The translations under genes and the position numbers were made by a program. A stretch of DNA of 64,000 nt, taken from the NCBI GenBank assembly GCA_045604905.1, contig JAZUOX010000070.1:345-64344 (forward strand), read 5' to 3'. This DNA is from Clostridia bacterium. GTDB taxonomy: Bacteria; Bacillota; Clostridia; UMGS1883. Under the pieces are notes generated by a model. That model ran no database searches. It was not told where the DNA came from and saw only the letters and a list, made by a program, of their open reading frames with translations. Shown piece after piece: positions 40,401-48,822 of the stretch (position 1 is the first letter of the stretch; each line of letters begins with the position of its first letter).

Positions 40401-41034
40401 GTCTTGCAACTGTACCACCGCTGTTAATGCTACCAACGATTGTGCCTTCTGCATCGTAAAGAGAACCACCTAAACGGATATCAATACCAACTGCAACGTC
40501 AGCAACTTCTGTTGAATCAAACTGAATTGTAACAGGCTCATCTGTTACGGGAGCAGGAACTGCAGCATAAAGCCATACGCGGCCTTCACCGTCAGTATGG
40601 TTTGCTACCATTCTACCATCTGCAACTGTAACATTGTTATTTGCAGAGCCAATGTACCATTCGCTGTAATCAGCAAATGTGTGCTTATTAGAAGCCTCAG
40701 CAACAGGTTCATTATCAATTGCGAAGTCTTCTGCATAAAGAGCCTCAACTGTCTGAGCCTTTACTGTTACTTCAATAGCTTCACCGCCATCGATTGTGAT
40801 CTGTACTGCAGCATCCTCGAAAAGGGGACGTGTAACAGTACCGTCAAGAGCGATAACATTTTCATCAGAAGATGTTATTGCATAACCACCGAGATCAAGA
40901 TCATCAGTTACAAAGTTTACCGGCTGACCGTTTGCAATTTCTGCAAAGTCAACCGTACTCTCTGCCATTACAGAAAATGAGCACATTGAAAGCGCCATTA
41001 ACATTGCAAGGCAGATTGCCATGAGTTTTCTCAT
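37498..41034 (-). CDS. Large secreted surface protein, paralog C (1178 aa)
   Basis: Start MRKLMAICL after AGGAGG; colinear with A and B; central domains match A (WYIGSANN, GWGGYWMG, EMAEFIYYNQYLYDNDYDLG). Confidence 0.85.
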   Translation of the reverse strand: MRKLMAICLAMLMALSMCSFSVMAESTVDFAEIANGQPVNFVTDDLDLGGYAITSSDENVIALDGTVTRPLFEDAAVQITIDGGEAIEVTVKAQTVEALYAEDFAIDNEPVAEASNKHTFADYSEWYIGSANNNVTVADGRMVANHTDGEGRVWLYAAVPAPVTDEPVTIQFDSTEVADVAVGIDIRLGGSLYDAEGTIVGSINSGGTVARLAAAGWGGYWMGGYKKAGVTIKYDPMTGEFWGNGVLAAKNLITDNATIKEGYTADDVAKVAITSFCFVDASDAATGTYSIDNFAVYQDVAAEDVLASATPAQQALYYAQYLEEDYVANGGDFAALTTNLKLTAEEDLIAGASITWESSDEAVIALDGTVTRPFFETKTVTLTGTVSVEGAEDIVKEYTVNVLPLSMTSATEVLDAENLEVGSFVGADGWTPAEIKDWEAMEVKEDADGNKYFSICASSYEPSGSFPKYTFKAVPAVGEGDTLVFDAKVRVPVKGGTANWGLQLNGKEMAEFIYYNQYLYDNDYDLGNDDYYGAGAARTDKNIAANTWYNIKFEITEDAAATKGWTVKCYLDGQLVGTHSTANAVPEEITSASFYLKGRSNMDSKTEPTTPVYFFDTDDVQVYTTQSIDSVLATLDDAGKINFFKELIEATEIPANVTAGQNLGLADSYAGYDLGSLGVNITWGTSDDAYIGENGVVKTLAPIGTTKTVTMTATIAAGLEEATASVDVTLTDGIVLVKEVNFDDLEAGALASAEIIADGTGKALHLKHEGTGHKASGTISNITGGGRGDRVVFDADIKYVHGDVENSYGGFSVKTYAGQNGIQVGLNYKAGTVSLITTKTEANGAATGLNVNKYKTVSYPMPASVLEKGEGEWVRLTVDHNAVSQTYQVYLDGEVVNPVPVLQANMDLGGNGGSAIRGYSIELSLAGEMWVDNVSLKKYANTDAVEVNAALNAALVLYASEEYRTVLTNCELPAMTIGKSWIASDRYKRDVNETVTDNGDGTTKSTFSIKPENASTYKFVTDGPTLTYAIDGEEVTAINVDKVGVVDFTVTAEANGITESFTVERKVAPVAIRGLAQGTASCLNGVWLDGATGNEKVIIVTYLENRKTDWVQIFDLAELANKEINETNSKSYDPATGILRGTGVAHPGTSDVIEEVKIFVMNEGGIVPVAFRDGMLDW

Positions 41035-41121
41035 AGTATTTTCCTCCTTTAAAAAAATGTATTTTGTTATGCTGTGCCAAAATTTGTCATTTTCATCAAC
41101 AGCACAAACGTTCACGTAATT

Positions 41122-41150
41122 ATTTTACTACAACATCACTAAAAAGTCAA
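41122..41150 (-). promoter_or_regulatory. Dedicated promoter of paralog C
   Basis: TTGACT-17-TAAAAT; no recombination site nearby. Confidence 0.7.
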
Positions 41151-41195
41151 TAAAAGTTGTCACATAATTTTAATAAAATTGAAATTATTGTAACA

Positions 41196-41230
41196 AGAAA
41201 AAACCAACGCAAATTGCGTTGGTTTTTTCT
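41196..41230 (-). terminator. Terminator of the SLH operon
   Basis: AGAAAAAACCAACGCA-AAT-TGCGTTGGTTTTTTCT. Confidence 0.88.
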
Positions 41231-41245
41231 CGTTAGTCTTTTAAC

Positions 41246-44020
41246 TTATTTAAGAACTATAAGCACATCACAAAGATGCTGTCTCTGACGGAAGCCGTAA
41301 ATCATAATGCTGCCGTCACCGATATCTATATTACCTGTCTTGTCTACATTACCTATCGTCGGAATTCTGAGTCTGTCTCCCTTTACGATTTCACCTGTTC
41401 TGGTATCGAAAACGGTTACATAAGAGGATGAAGATAATGTTTCAACATAATACTCACCGTTTGCCATAATGCCGATTGAGCCATCTGTTCCGGAAATAGG
41501 ATATCCGACAACATGTGCCCATGTAGCATTTGCATAGTCTGTTGCAGCATAAGGCGCTACGCCCTTACGAATCTGAGTTTCAGCACGCAATGGAGACATA
41601 ACAAGGTTTGCATTTGTGACTTCCTGCTTTTCGTTATCAAACGAAATCTGGAACACATCACCGGGCTTAACATTTGAAAACACATTGAAATTCTCTTTAT
41701 CGGCATTTGCGTCGTTGAATTTCTTTATAGCAGATTCAAATACGCCTGAAGTATGTTCACGGAAAGTCCAGACATTATTCTTCCAGAAGCCCGTAACCTG
41801 ATATCTTTCTTCACCGAATTCGTCAACTACCATTTTCGAGCTTTGAACGGTAAAAGTTCTGTCATCGAAAGATGTTGCTGTCTGGCAACAAACCATAGCA
41901 CCCACTGCCCAGTTCTGGTCGGCATCATAAATAGTTGCCTGAAGACCTACAATGGAAAACTTTCCATAGGGAATAACTCTGATTTTTGTTTCATCCGATG
42001 TTGAAGTCACACCGGGTTCTTCAATAAGGAATATTTTTGTATTCTTATCGATTATATACTTACCGGCAAGGTTTTTACTTGAGTATCCGGAGTAAGTAGA
42101 CATACTTCCGGTAGAAATCTTATTGAACTTTGTTTCGTCAAATCCGTTGGGTGCTTCTGCCTCAGTAATATTAGTATTGTCATACTCAATCTTTGTAAAT
42201 TCACCCTTGGAATTGATTTTAATTCTGATAAGCTGGGGAATGAAACTACCTGTTGTACTGCTATAAAGGTCTTTACTGTTTATTACTGCATTTCCGTCAT
42301 TCTCATATGTGCCACTTGAGTCAACAACAGTAAATTTCTTTGCTGCTTTTACTACCACGCAGTCGCCCTGCTCGTTAACGATTTTTACAGCCGCTTTAAC
42401 TCCTTGCAGCTTAACACTGGAATCCTGTCCTACATCAAGCAGGTAAGCATATTCTTCACGGCTCTGCGTTTCAAGGAAAAATGCAGCTTCGCCCATTATA
42501 TTGACATAAACATCATACTTACCACCTGTAACAGGTTCCTTAAGGCTTGTTGTCGGGTCACTCATAGCTGCAAGGTAGAACTTGCCCACCATATAGCTGC
42601 TTTCTCCTGCAGTAACGGTCATTTTTCCGTTTTCATCTTTTTCTACGGAGTCGATAACCATACTTGTTTTAACATCGGACATATAAATAAGAAGCTTTGT
42701 AAAGTCTTTTGACTGATATACGGATATAAGACAGTCATTCTTAATGTCTGCAAGTTCAATTTCTTCACCGGCAGTATTGTAAAAATGCACAACCTTATAC
42801 TTGTCATAAAGTATCGGCTCACCGTAGTTGCTGTAAAATGAACCGGAAAGCGTATCAACTGTCTTTACCAGATAGTCATAGAAAGTTTCTGCAATAACGG
42901 TTTCATATTCAAAGTCTCCATCAGCATCGATAAGTGTAAGCTTACCTGTGGGGATTTTAAGAGTATCGGTCACAAAGTCAATATATGCAGAACCATTATA
43001 GATGAAGTCTGCATAAACGCTGACCTTAGCTTCCTCAAGTTTTCCTTTTTCATTTTTATAAACAACATTCAGTTTTGAAAATTTGGATGAATCTGTTTCA
43101 AGGTCGTACGCATCTATCACAAGAATGTTATTTCTACCCTCGTTTTCACACACATAATACGCCTTATTGTTTTCACTGGGTTTATAGTATGCAATTACGT
43201 TCCGTCCGATAAGTCCGGTGAATTTTTCATCAAGACCTATCATCTTAACATCATTTACAATCGCATTACCGAGAACTGCTGTTGTTTTTCCTTTAAGTGA
43301 TGTCTGTCCGTTGTCAGTCATAATGCCCTTAACCTTAACAATGCCGTGATATGATGTAAGAAGAGTATTGCTTCTGCTGTTTGAATATACAACACGCTCT
43401 GAGTTAACACCAATCATATCCGGAACTTTCACATCAAGAGCTGCCTCAGCAAGCATAACTGCATCATAAACTGTAAGGTCGCGGTTATAGTCTGCTGCAC
43501 CCTTTCTGAGAAGGCCAAGGTCTATTGCCTTTTTAAGATAGCCCTGATAATAACCACCGCTTGCTGCTGCAAGCTCTTTGTATCCCAGTGCTGCCACTAC
43601 AACCTTTATTGCTTGCGAATAAGTAACCTTCTGCTCGGGTTTGAATTCAACTTCATTAACGCCCACCATCAGGCCCATTTTCTTAAGTGCAATAATCTGG
43701 ATCGCATTTGTTGTAAGCTCTTTTACATCTATGTAAGGATTTTCAACGAATGCTGCATCGTAAAGTGTATTTCCGAGAAGCTTTGCAACGATACCTGCAA
43801 ATTCTCCTCTTGAGAGAGTTTCGTCAACTTTTTTATCCATATCAGGGAAAACACCGAGGTCGACAACCATCTCACGCTTGCTTTCAAAGGAGGCAAGCTC
43901 TGACTCTGTGTAAAGAGGTGCTTCCACAGCAGATTCCTCTGCAGAGCCGATTATTAAGTTTAACTGTGTAAACAGCAACACAAGTGCCGTTATGACAGCT
44001 ATGAAACGCTTGGTTTTCAT
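41246..44020 (-). CDS. S-layer-like protein with N-terminal SLH domains
   Basis: Signal peptide; LSRGEFA, YIDV, GLMVG..EFKPEQKVTYSQAIKVVVAALG SLH-type motifs. Confidence 0.8.
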   Translation of the reverse strand: MKTKRFIAVITALVLLFTQLNLIIGSAEESAVEAPLYTESELASFESKREMVVDLGVFPDMDKKVDETLSRGEFAGIVAKLLGNTLYDAAFVENPYIDVKELTTNAIQIIALKKMGLMVGVNEVEFKPEQKVTYSQAIKVVVAALGYKELAAASGGYYQGYLKKAIDLGLLRKGAADYNRDLTVYDAVMLAEAALDVKVPDMIGVNSERVVYSNSRSNTLLTSYHGIVKVKGIMTDNGQTSLKGKTTAVLGNAIVNDVKMIGLDEKFTGLIGRNVIAYYKPSENNKAYYVCENEGRNNILVIDAYDLETDSSKFSKLNVVYKNEKGKLEEAKVSVYADFIYNGSAYIDFVTDTLKIPTGKLTLIDADGDFEYETVIAETFYDYLVKTVDTLSGSFYSNYGEPILYDKYKVVHFYNTAGEEIELADIKNDCLISVYQSKDFTKLLIYMSDVKTSMVIDSVEKDENGKMTVTAGESSYMVGKFYLAAMSDPTTSLKEPVTGGKYDVYVNIMGEAAFFLETQSREEYAYLLDVGQDSSVKLQGVKAAVKIVNEQGDCVVVKAAKKFTVVDSSGTYENDGNAVINSKDLYSSTTGSFIPQLIRIKINSKGEFTKIEYDNTNITEAEAPNGFDETKFNKISTGSMSTYSGYSSKNLAGKYIIDKNTKIFLIEEPGVTSTSDETKIRVIPYGKFSIVGLQATIYDADQNWAVGAMVCCQTATSFDDRTFTVQSSKMVVDEFGEERYQVTGFWKNNVWTFREHTSGVFESAIKKFNDANADKENFNVFSNVKPGDVFQISFDNEKQEVTNANLVMSPLRAETQIRKGVAPYAATDYANATWAHVVGYPISGTDGSIGIMANGEYYVETLSSSSYVTVFDTRTGEIVKGDRLRIPTIGNVDKTGNIDIGDGSIMIYGFRQRQHLCDVLIVLK

Positions 44021-44045
44021 ATTTTTCACCCTTGCCATTCCTTTC

Positions 44046-45851
44046 TTATTTAATAATTATCTCATATATGATTTTTGCAGCCTGGGCTCTTGTAAGTGTT
44101 CCTGCCGGTCTGAACGTGCCGTCCTCAAAACCGTTTAACACATTTGAGCTTTCAAGAGTTGCAACTGCTTCAATTGCATACTCAGATACCGCTGTACTGT
44201 CAGCAAAGCCGAGAGAATCTGACTTTGTAACAGTCTTTTTCATTACGTTGCAAAGTCTGTAAGCCATAACTGCCGCATCCTGACGGCTGAGTCTTGCCGC
44301 GGGTTTGAATGTATTGTTGTCGTAACCTGCCACAATACCCCTTGAAACTGCGGTACCAATGTAAGCATTTGACCATCTGCCTGCCTCAACATCACTGAAT
44401 GATGCGGGAATGTCTGCGTTATAAAAACCACCTGCAAGAACAAGCATTTTTACAAACTGTTCTCTTGTAACAAGATCATTCGGAGCAAATTTGCCTTTGC
44501 CGTCACCTTCAAGAATTCCGATTTCAGCCAGAGTCTGAACTGCTTTGTATGCCCAATGTTCTTCTGCTACATCGTTAAATTTCTGTACCATTTCTTCCTT
44601 GGGAAGAGTGCTTTCTACAAGGTCTGTTGAAACGGAAGTATATGTGGGGTCGCTTCTATCAGCGCTACTGTTTGATCCGCCGGAAGCGCCACCGCCACCG
44701 CCTCCGCCGCCTCCGCCGCCTCCGCCACCGGAGCTGCCGGGCTTTTTGCCGGTTTCTTTAAGATGTTCAATTACATCCTCATAAGCTTTCACAACTTCAC
44801 TCTGAACCTGGAAATTTCTCTGAACAAAGGCTTTGTTGATTTCTAATGCTTTATATGTGTCACATTTTTCTTCGTAGTCTGCAAACTCTATACCAAGATA
44901 TTCACCGTATTTTTCAAGAATATCTGAAACACCGCTGTTTGAGCACTTATTGAGGACTACAATACCCATGCTCTGCTTAAACACTCTTCTTGTGTCAAGC
45001 ATTGAACGTGGAACATATTCGCTGTTTTCTTTACCTTCTTTAACTATATTAAAGAATATTTTTGCAACTTCTTTTTTGCTGTTTTTGTAATCGCTGTCAT
45101 TGATGTCAACTCCGAGAACATCTGCATTATCTTCAAGGATTTTGATAATTTCATCAGCTGAAGCAGCTGCATACATTTCACGGAAGATATTGATTGCAGA
45201 GAATGTATCCTGAATCTTATACATTTCCCCTGCGCTGTAACCTTCGGGATAATCATCAGTCTTGATATATTCAAAAAGGCTGTTGATTACATCTTTATTG
45301 TCTTCGTAATCACCTGCAACATCCACACCAATAAGAAGTTCCTTTTCGCGGATGAGAGGCTCAACTGTATCTGCAGTTGCATTGTTAAATGCAGGAATTG
45401 TAACTGTGTTTATTGAGTTTACATTTTCAAAGTAAATAAGTTCTGAATCCTTTGAAACTGACTTCATGTAACCGCCACCTGCTGCAGATACGACATAGTA
45501 GCCTGCAGTAAGGTCTGCAAGGTTGAATTCAACGCTGAAATTACCTTCAAGGTCTGCAGTTACATTCTTTATTTTCTTTATTCTGTCTACGCCGAGAGCA
45601 AACTGTGGTTCGGGATGAAGACGGTCTTCAACATCCGCCATTCCTGTAATAGTTTCCTCAGGGGCATAAATAACTATTGAAACATTCTGCGCATAAGATG
45701 CAGGTGTAACACCTTTTATTGAAATATTTTCATTATCGTAGTCTATTAAAGTTGTTATCTCAAAATCCGCTGCCTGTACACTTGCAGTGAAAACATTGAG
45801 TGAGAATATAAACACAAGACAAACGATAATACTCAGTATTCGTTTATTCAT
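44046..45851 (-). CDS. Secreted protein with poly-Gly linker and three C-terminal SLH domains
   Basis: FNDV..HWA..GILEG..FAPND.VTREQF; FKP..LSRQDAA; FRP..LTRAQAAKII. Confidence 0.92.
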   Translation of the reverse strand: MNKRILSIIVCLVFIFSLNVFTASVQAADFEITTLIDYDNENISIKGVTPASYAQNVSIVIYAPEETITGMADVEDRLHPEPQFALGVDRIKKIKNVTADLEGNFSVEFNLADLTAGYYVVSAAGGGYMKSVSKDSELIYFENVNSINTVTIPAFNNATADTVEPLIREKELLIGVDVAGDYEDNKDVINSLFEYIKTDDYPEGYSAGEMYKIQDTFSAINIFREMYAAASADEIIKILEDNADVLGVDINDSDYKNSKKEVAKIFFNIVKEGKENSEYVPRSMLDTRRVFKQSMGIVVLNKCSNSGVSDILEKYGEYLGIEFADYEEKCDTYKALEINKAFVQRNFQVQSEVVKAYEDVIEHLKETGKKPGSSGGGGGGGGGGGGGGASGGSNSSADRSDPTYTSVSTDLVESTLPKEEMVQKFNDVAEEHWAYKAVQTLAEIGILEGDGKGKFAPNDLVTREQFVKMLVLAGGFYNADIPASFSDVEAGRWSNAYIGTAVSRGIVAGYDNNTFKPAARLSRQDAAVMAYRLCNVMKKTVTKSDSLGFADSTAVSEYAIEAVATLESSNVLNGFEDGTFRPAGTLTRAQAAKIIYEIIIK

Positions 45852-45857
45852 CGTTGC

Positions 45858-48788
45858 TTATCTCCTTTCTTCTGCTGTGGGAGGAGTAGTCTTTCTAACT
45901 ATAGGAGTTGCTCCAACCATTTCATCCGGAACTTTTACATCAATAGATTTGATGTACGCCTCTGTGCTGACACCACTTAACTTGAAGTCAACGCCAAGAA
46001 CAAACATATTTCCAAGGTTTATATCATCAAAATGAATTGTCTTTGTCACAAACTGACCTGAATTCTTTCTTTCAATAAAAACCTCACGCTCTGTAAGCTT
46101 GCCATAGCCGCCTACATTGTTGTCCCATGTATTATAAGTAATCTTTATGGGAGTTGTTCCTTCGTCAAGGAAAGTTATTGTAATATCAGCAGGTGTATTA
46201 TCAGCTTCAACATAGTCTGCCTTAACATTAACATTCATCTGATTGTTACGGGGAATTCTGAATCCCTGAATTTCACCGTTTTCATCCTTGTCTGCAATGA
46301 TGTAATGGTCAAAACCGTTGTAGCCGAAGGTATCGCAGGTTTCAGATATATCATACTGTCCACCGTCAAGAGGTGTGCCGAATACTATGTCGGAAACGTC
46401 CATCCAAGCAATTTCTACGTGGGAGTTATCGTCTGACTGATGACCAATAATAACCATTGTATCGTCCATTGAGAACTGAGGATGAATATGACCGGGGTTA
46501 TCCTTAAGGGGGAATCTGCCGAGGAAGTAGTCAGCGCCTGTGTATGTATCTATAAGATAAACGTCTGACCATCCGCGTCCGTACTGGGAGTCACCTACAA
46601 GCCAACGGTCTGAAGTATTGGAGAGCATAGCGTGGTTAATTGACGCACCGCTGTCGCCACCACCGTTCTTTCTTGTGTAATCATAGCTTACGGGGATATA
46701 GTGCTTGTCAGTACCGTCAGGACGAACCATTACCGCACCTGCAACGCCGACACCACGCTTAACACCATCCATTGTACCAACGTTCTTAACCGCCATTATC
46801 CACTCACCGTTGTTACTCCACGCTTCGTGAACAAGTGATTCACCGCTGTAATACATATCACCGAGAAGGTCATTATCCCATCGGTATGGCTTCTGGGGAA
46901 TTGCATTGTAATACTCGTCTGTGTCCATATCAACCGCCCATACACGGTCGTACTGAGGGGTGCCGTTGGGATGGTACCACTCATGAGCGAAGAATGCAAG
47001 GTTATCATATACGGGGTTTATACAAACGTGGTTAGGATAGTACCAGTTTGAAATGAAGCCCCACCAGTGGTCGATATCCCATTCTTTTTCGTCAATCTTA
47101 TAAATCGGGATACGGCTGTAGTAGTTGGGGTCAAAGTCGCCCTTTGTATCACGCCATTCGTAGCTTATGCGGGTTTCTGCATTGTTAACCTGCATCATAC
47201 CGGGCTGACGTGTCTGCCATTCGGGAATACGTCCCATAATTTCGTAAGTAAATTCGTCTGTCTTTATGTCAACACCGTCAAGGGGAACCTTGACAATGTT
47301 CCAGTCCTTATCTGTGTACCAGAGGTTGTTTTTCGGGGTAATCATAAAGAGGTAATCCTTAAGAAGTTTGCCCACGAATTTCGCCTTCTGTGTATCAAGC
47401 TCAATCAGATAAAGATTCATATTATTGTCACGGAAGGCAATGTAACGATTATCTGTACTCATACAGTTCTGTGTGTAGTACTCCTTAAGAGCATTCTGAC
47501 CAAAGAAGTCAATTTCATAGTATTCACGGCGTGAATGTTCGTTTATAAGCTTACGGATTTCAAGTGTAAACACATTTTCAAGGAGCCAGTTGTTAAGCGC
47601 CTTGTCATTTGCATTAAGAAGGGTTTCCTCTGTGTAAACGCCTGCATCAAACAGCTTACCGAAAGCACTCTCCCCAGTGTTAAGGTTTGAGATGGAGAAC
47701 ACATTCTGTGCAAGTGTTACGAAAACGTCCACATTACCGTCTTTTTCAGGCTGGAAAATCATTGAGCCGGCATTGATAAGTCCATATTCTTTACCAAGTC
47801 TGATGCAGTCTGTTTCAAGGTTGTCACCGCTTACGCCGATAAGGCGTAAATATGCGGCAATCATTTCCTTCTGCTTTATATTCTCCCCTGCACCAAGAGT
47901 GTTTCCGTCACGCTTTATAAGACCGAGCTTTTCAGCATAGCCTATGTAGGGAGCTGCCTCTGCACTTACGTCTGTGAACTTTGTCTTGCGGTTTTCAGAA
48001 AGAGCAGTTTCCTCAAGTGCATAAGACTTCATCATCTGCACATAGAATTCTTCACGGGTAAGCTTTCTTTCAAGCTGAGGCTCAAAGGTTTCACCCTCGC
48101 CATAACCGTCAAACATCTGAAGGTAGTTAAGTGAATTTGCCTTCTGTGCATTGAATACACCAAAGTCTTCATCAGCACCTGCAGTTTTTGAAAGGTTACG
48201 AACTTCTATGCGTGAGAATGTGTTGTAAGCATTTGATACAAGACGGAAGTCTGTACCGTAGTCAAGGGATTGTGTGAAGCAAGCATCATCAACATAAAGA
48301 GTAGCTCTGTGCCAGCCGCCCTCTGTCTTCTGACTGTTTTCATCAAGACCGAGCTTAAGGATTGAAGCTCTCACAACCTCACCCTGAGTTTTGGTTGTAT
48401 ATTCTACGTGGAAGTAACCGCCTCCGCCGTAGTCCCAGTAGTCAATTATAAATGCGAATACGCTGTCGTCTTTATCAGCAAAACCGGGTTCAAATGTAAA
48501 GTAGAATTTATTTTCAACATACACCTGACGTCCGGGAATGCCGTTAAACTCAACCTGTTCACTGTAAAGCTCATCATATCTTCCTGCAGTCTGTCCGTCA
48601 ATAAATGACATCTTGTTAGTCTGCGGAATTGGCGAAAATATAACTGAAGCATTGTTCGGGTCGCATGGGTCAACCTTTACGTACATTTCCTGAGTGGTTG
48701 TGTAGTAATCTGCCGCACTTGCACCAATACTGCATACTGCTATGCACAGCGCAAGGCACATTACTATACTAAACAGTTTTTTACGCAT
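45858..48788 (-). CDS. Secreted multidomain protein: CBM-like, SLH-like, oligogalacturonate-lyase (PL22)-like propeller, CBM-like
   Basis: H.CINP..FAHE..DRVW..E..VHEAW..HA..GD..HIHPQFS pattern resembling Ogl; LTREEF/FTDV SLH-like motifs. Confidence 0.7.
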   Translation of the reverse strand: MRKKLFSIVMCLALCIAVCSIGASAADYYTTTQEMYVKVDPCDPNNASVIFSPIPQTNKMSFIDGQTAGRYDELYSEQVEFNGIPGRQVYVENKFYFTFEPGFADKDDSVFAFIIDYWDYGGGGYFHVEYTTKTQGEVVRASILKLGLDENSQKTEGGWHRATLYVDDACFTQSLDYGTDFRLVSNAYNTFSRIEVRNLSKTAGADEDFGVFNAQKANSLNYLQMFDGYGEGETFEPQLERKLTREEFYVQMMKSYALEETALSENRKTKFTDVSAEAAPYIGYAEKLGLIKRDGNTLGAGENIKQKEMIAAYLRLIGVSGDNLETDCIRLGKEYGLINAGSMIFQPEKDGNVDVFVTLAQNVFSISNLNTGESAFGKLFDAGVYTEETLLNANDKALNNWLLENVFTLEIRKLINEHSRREYYEIDFFGQNALKEYYTQNCMSTDNRYIAFRDNNMNLYLIELDTQKAKFVGKLLKDYLFMITPKNNLWYTDKDWNIVKVPLDGVDIKTDEFTYEIMGRIPEWQTRQPGMMQVNNAETRISYEWRDTKGDFDPNYYSRIPIYKIDEKEWDIDHWWGFISNWYYPNHVCINPVYDNLAFFAHEWYHPNGTPQYDRVWAVDMDTDEYYNAIPQKPYRWDNDLLGDMYYSGESLVHEAWSNNGEWIMAVKNVGTMDGVKRGVGVAGAVMVRPDGTDKHYIPVSYDYTRKNGGGDSGASINHAMLSNTSDRWLVGDSQYGRGWSDVYLIDTYTGADYFLGRFPLKDNPGHIHPQFSMDDTMVIIGHQSDDNSHVEIAWMDVSDIVFGTPLDGGQYDISETCDTFGYNGFDHYIIADKDENGEIQGFRIPRNNQMNVNVKADYVEADNTPADITITFLDEGTTPIKITYNTWDNNVGGYGKLTEREVFIERKNSGQFVTKTIHFDDINLGNMFVLGVDFKLSGVSTEAYIKSIDVKVPDEMVGATPIVRKTTPPTAEERR

Positions 48789-48822
48789 AAATTTACCTCC
48801 TTTTCAGATTTTCTGCCAGTAA

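Noticed and set aside
37597-40980. Many 100-170 aa antisense ORFs over the large secreted genes
   Set aside because: A by-product of biased codon usage on the coding strand.
41035-41115. 27-aa N-terminal extension of paralog C in the ORF track
   Set aside because: The AGGAGG RBS, the signal peptide and homology to A/B place the start at 41034.
44686-44730. (GGC/GGA/GGT)n tract as a phase-variable SSR
   Set aside because: It is an in-frame triplet repeat encoding a poly-Gly linker, common before SLH domains. Slippage would not shift the frame.
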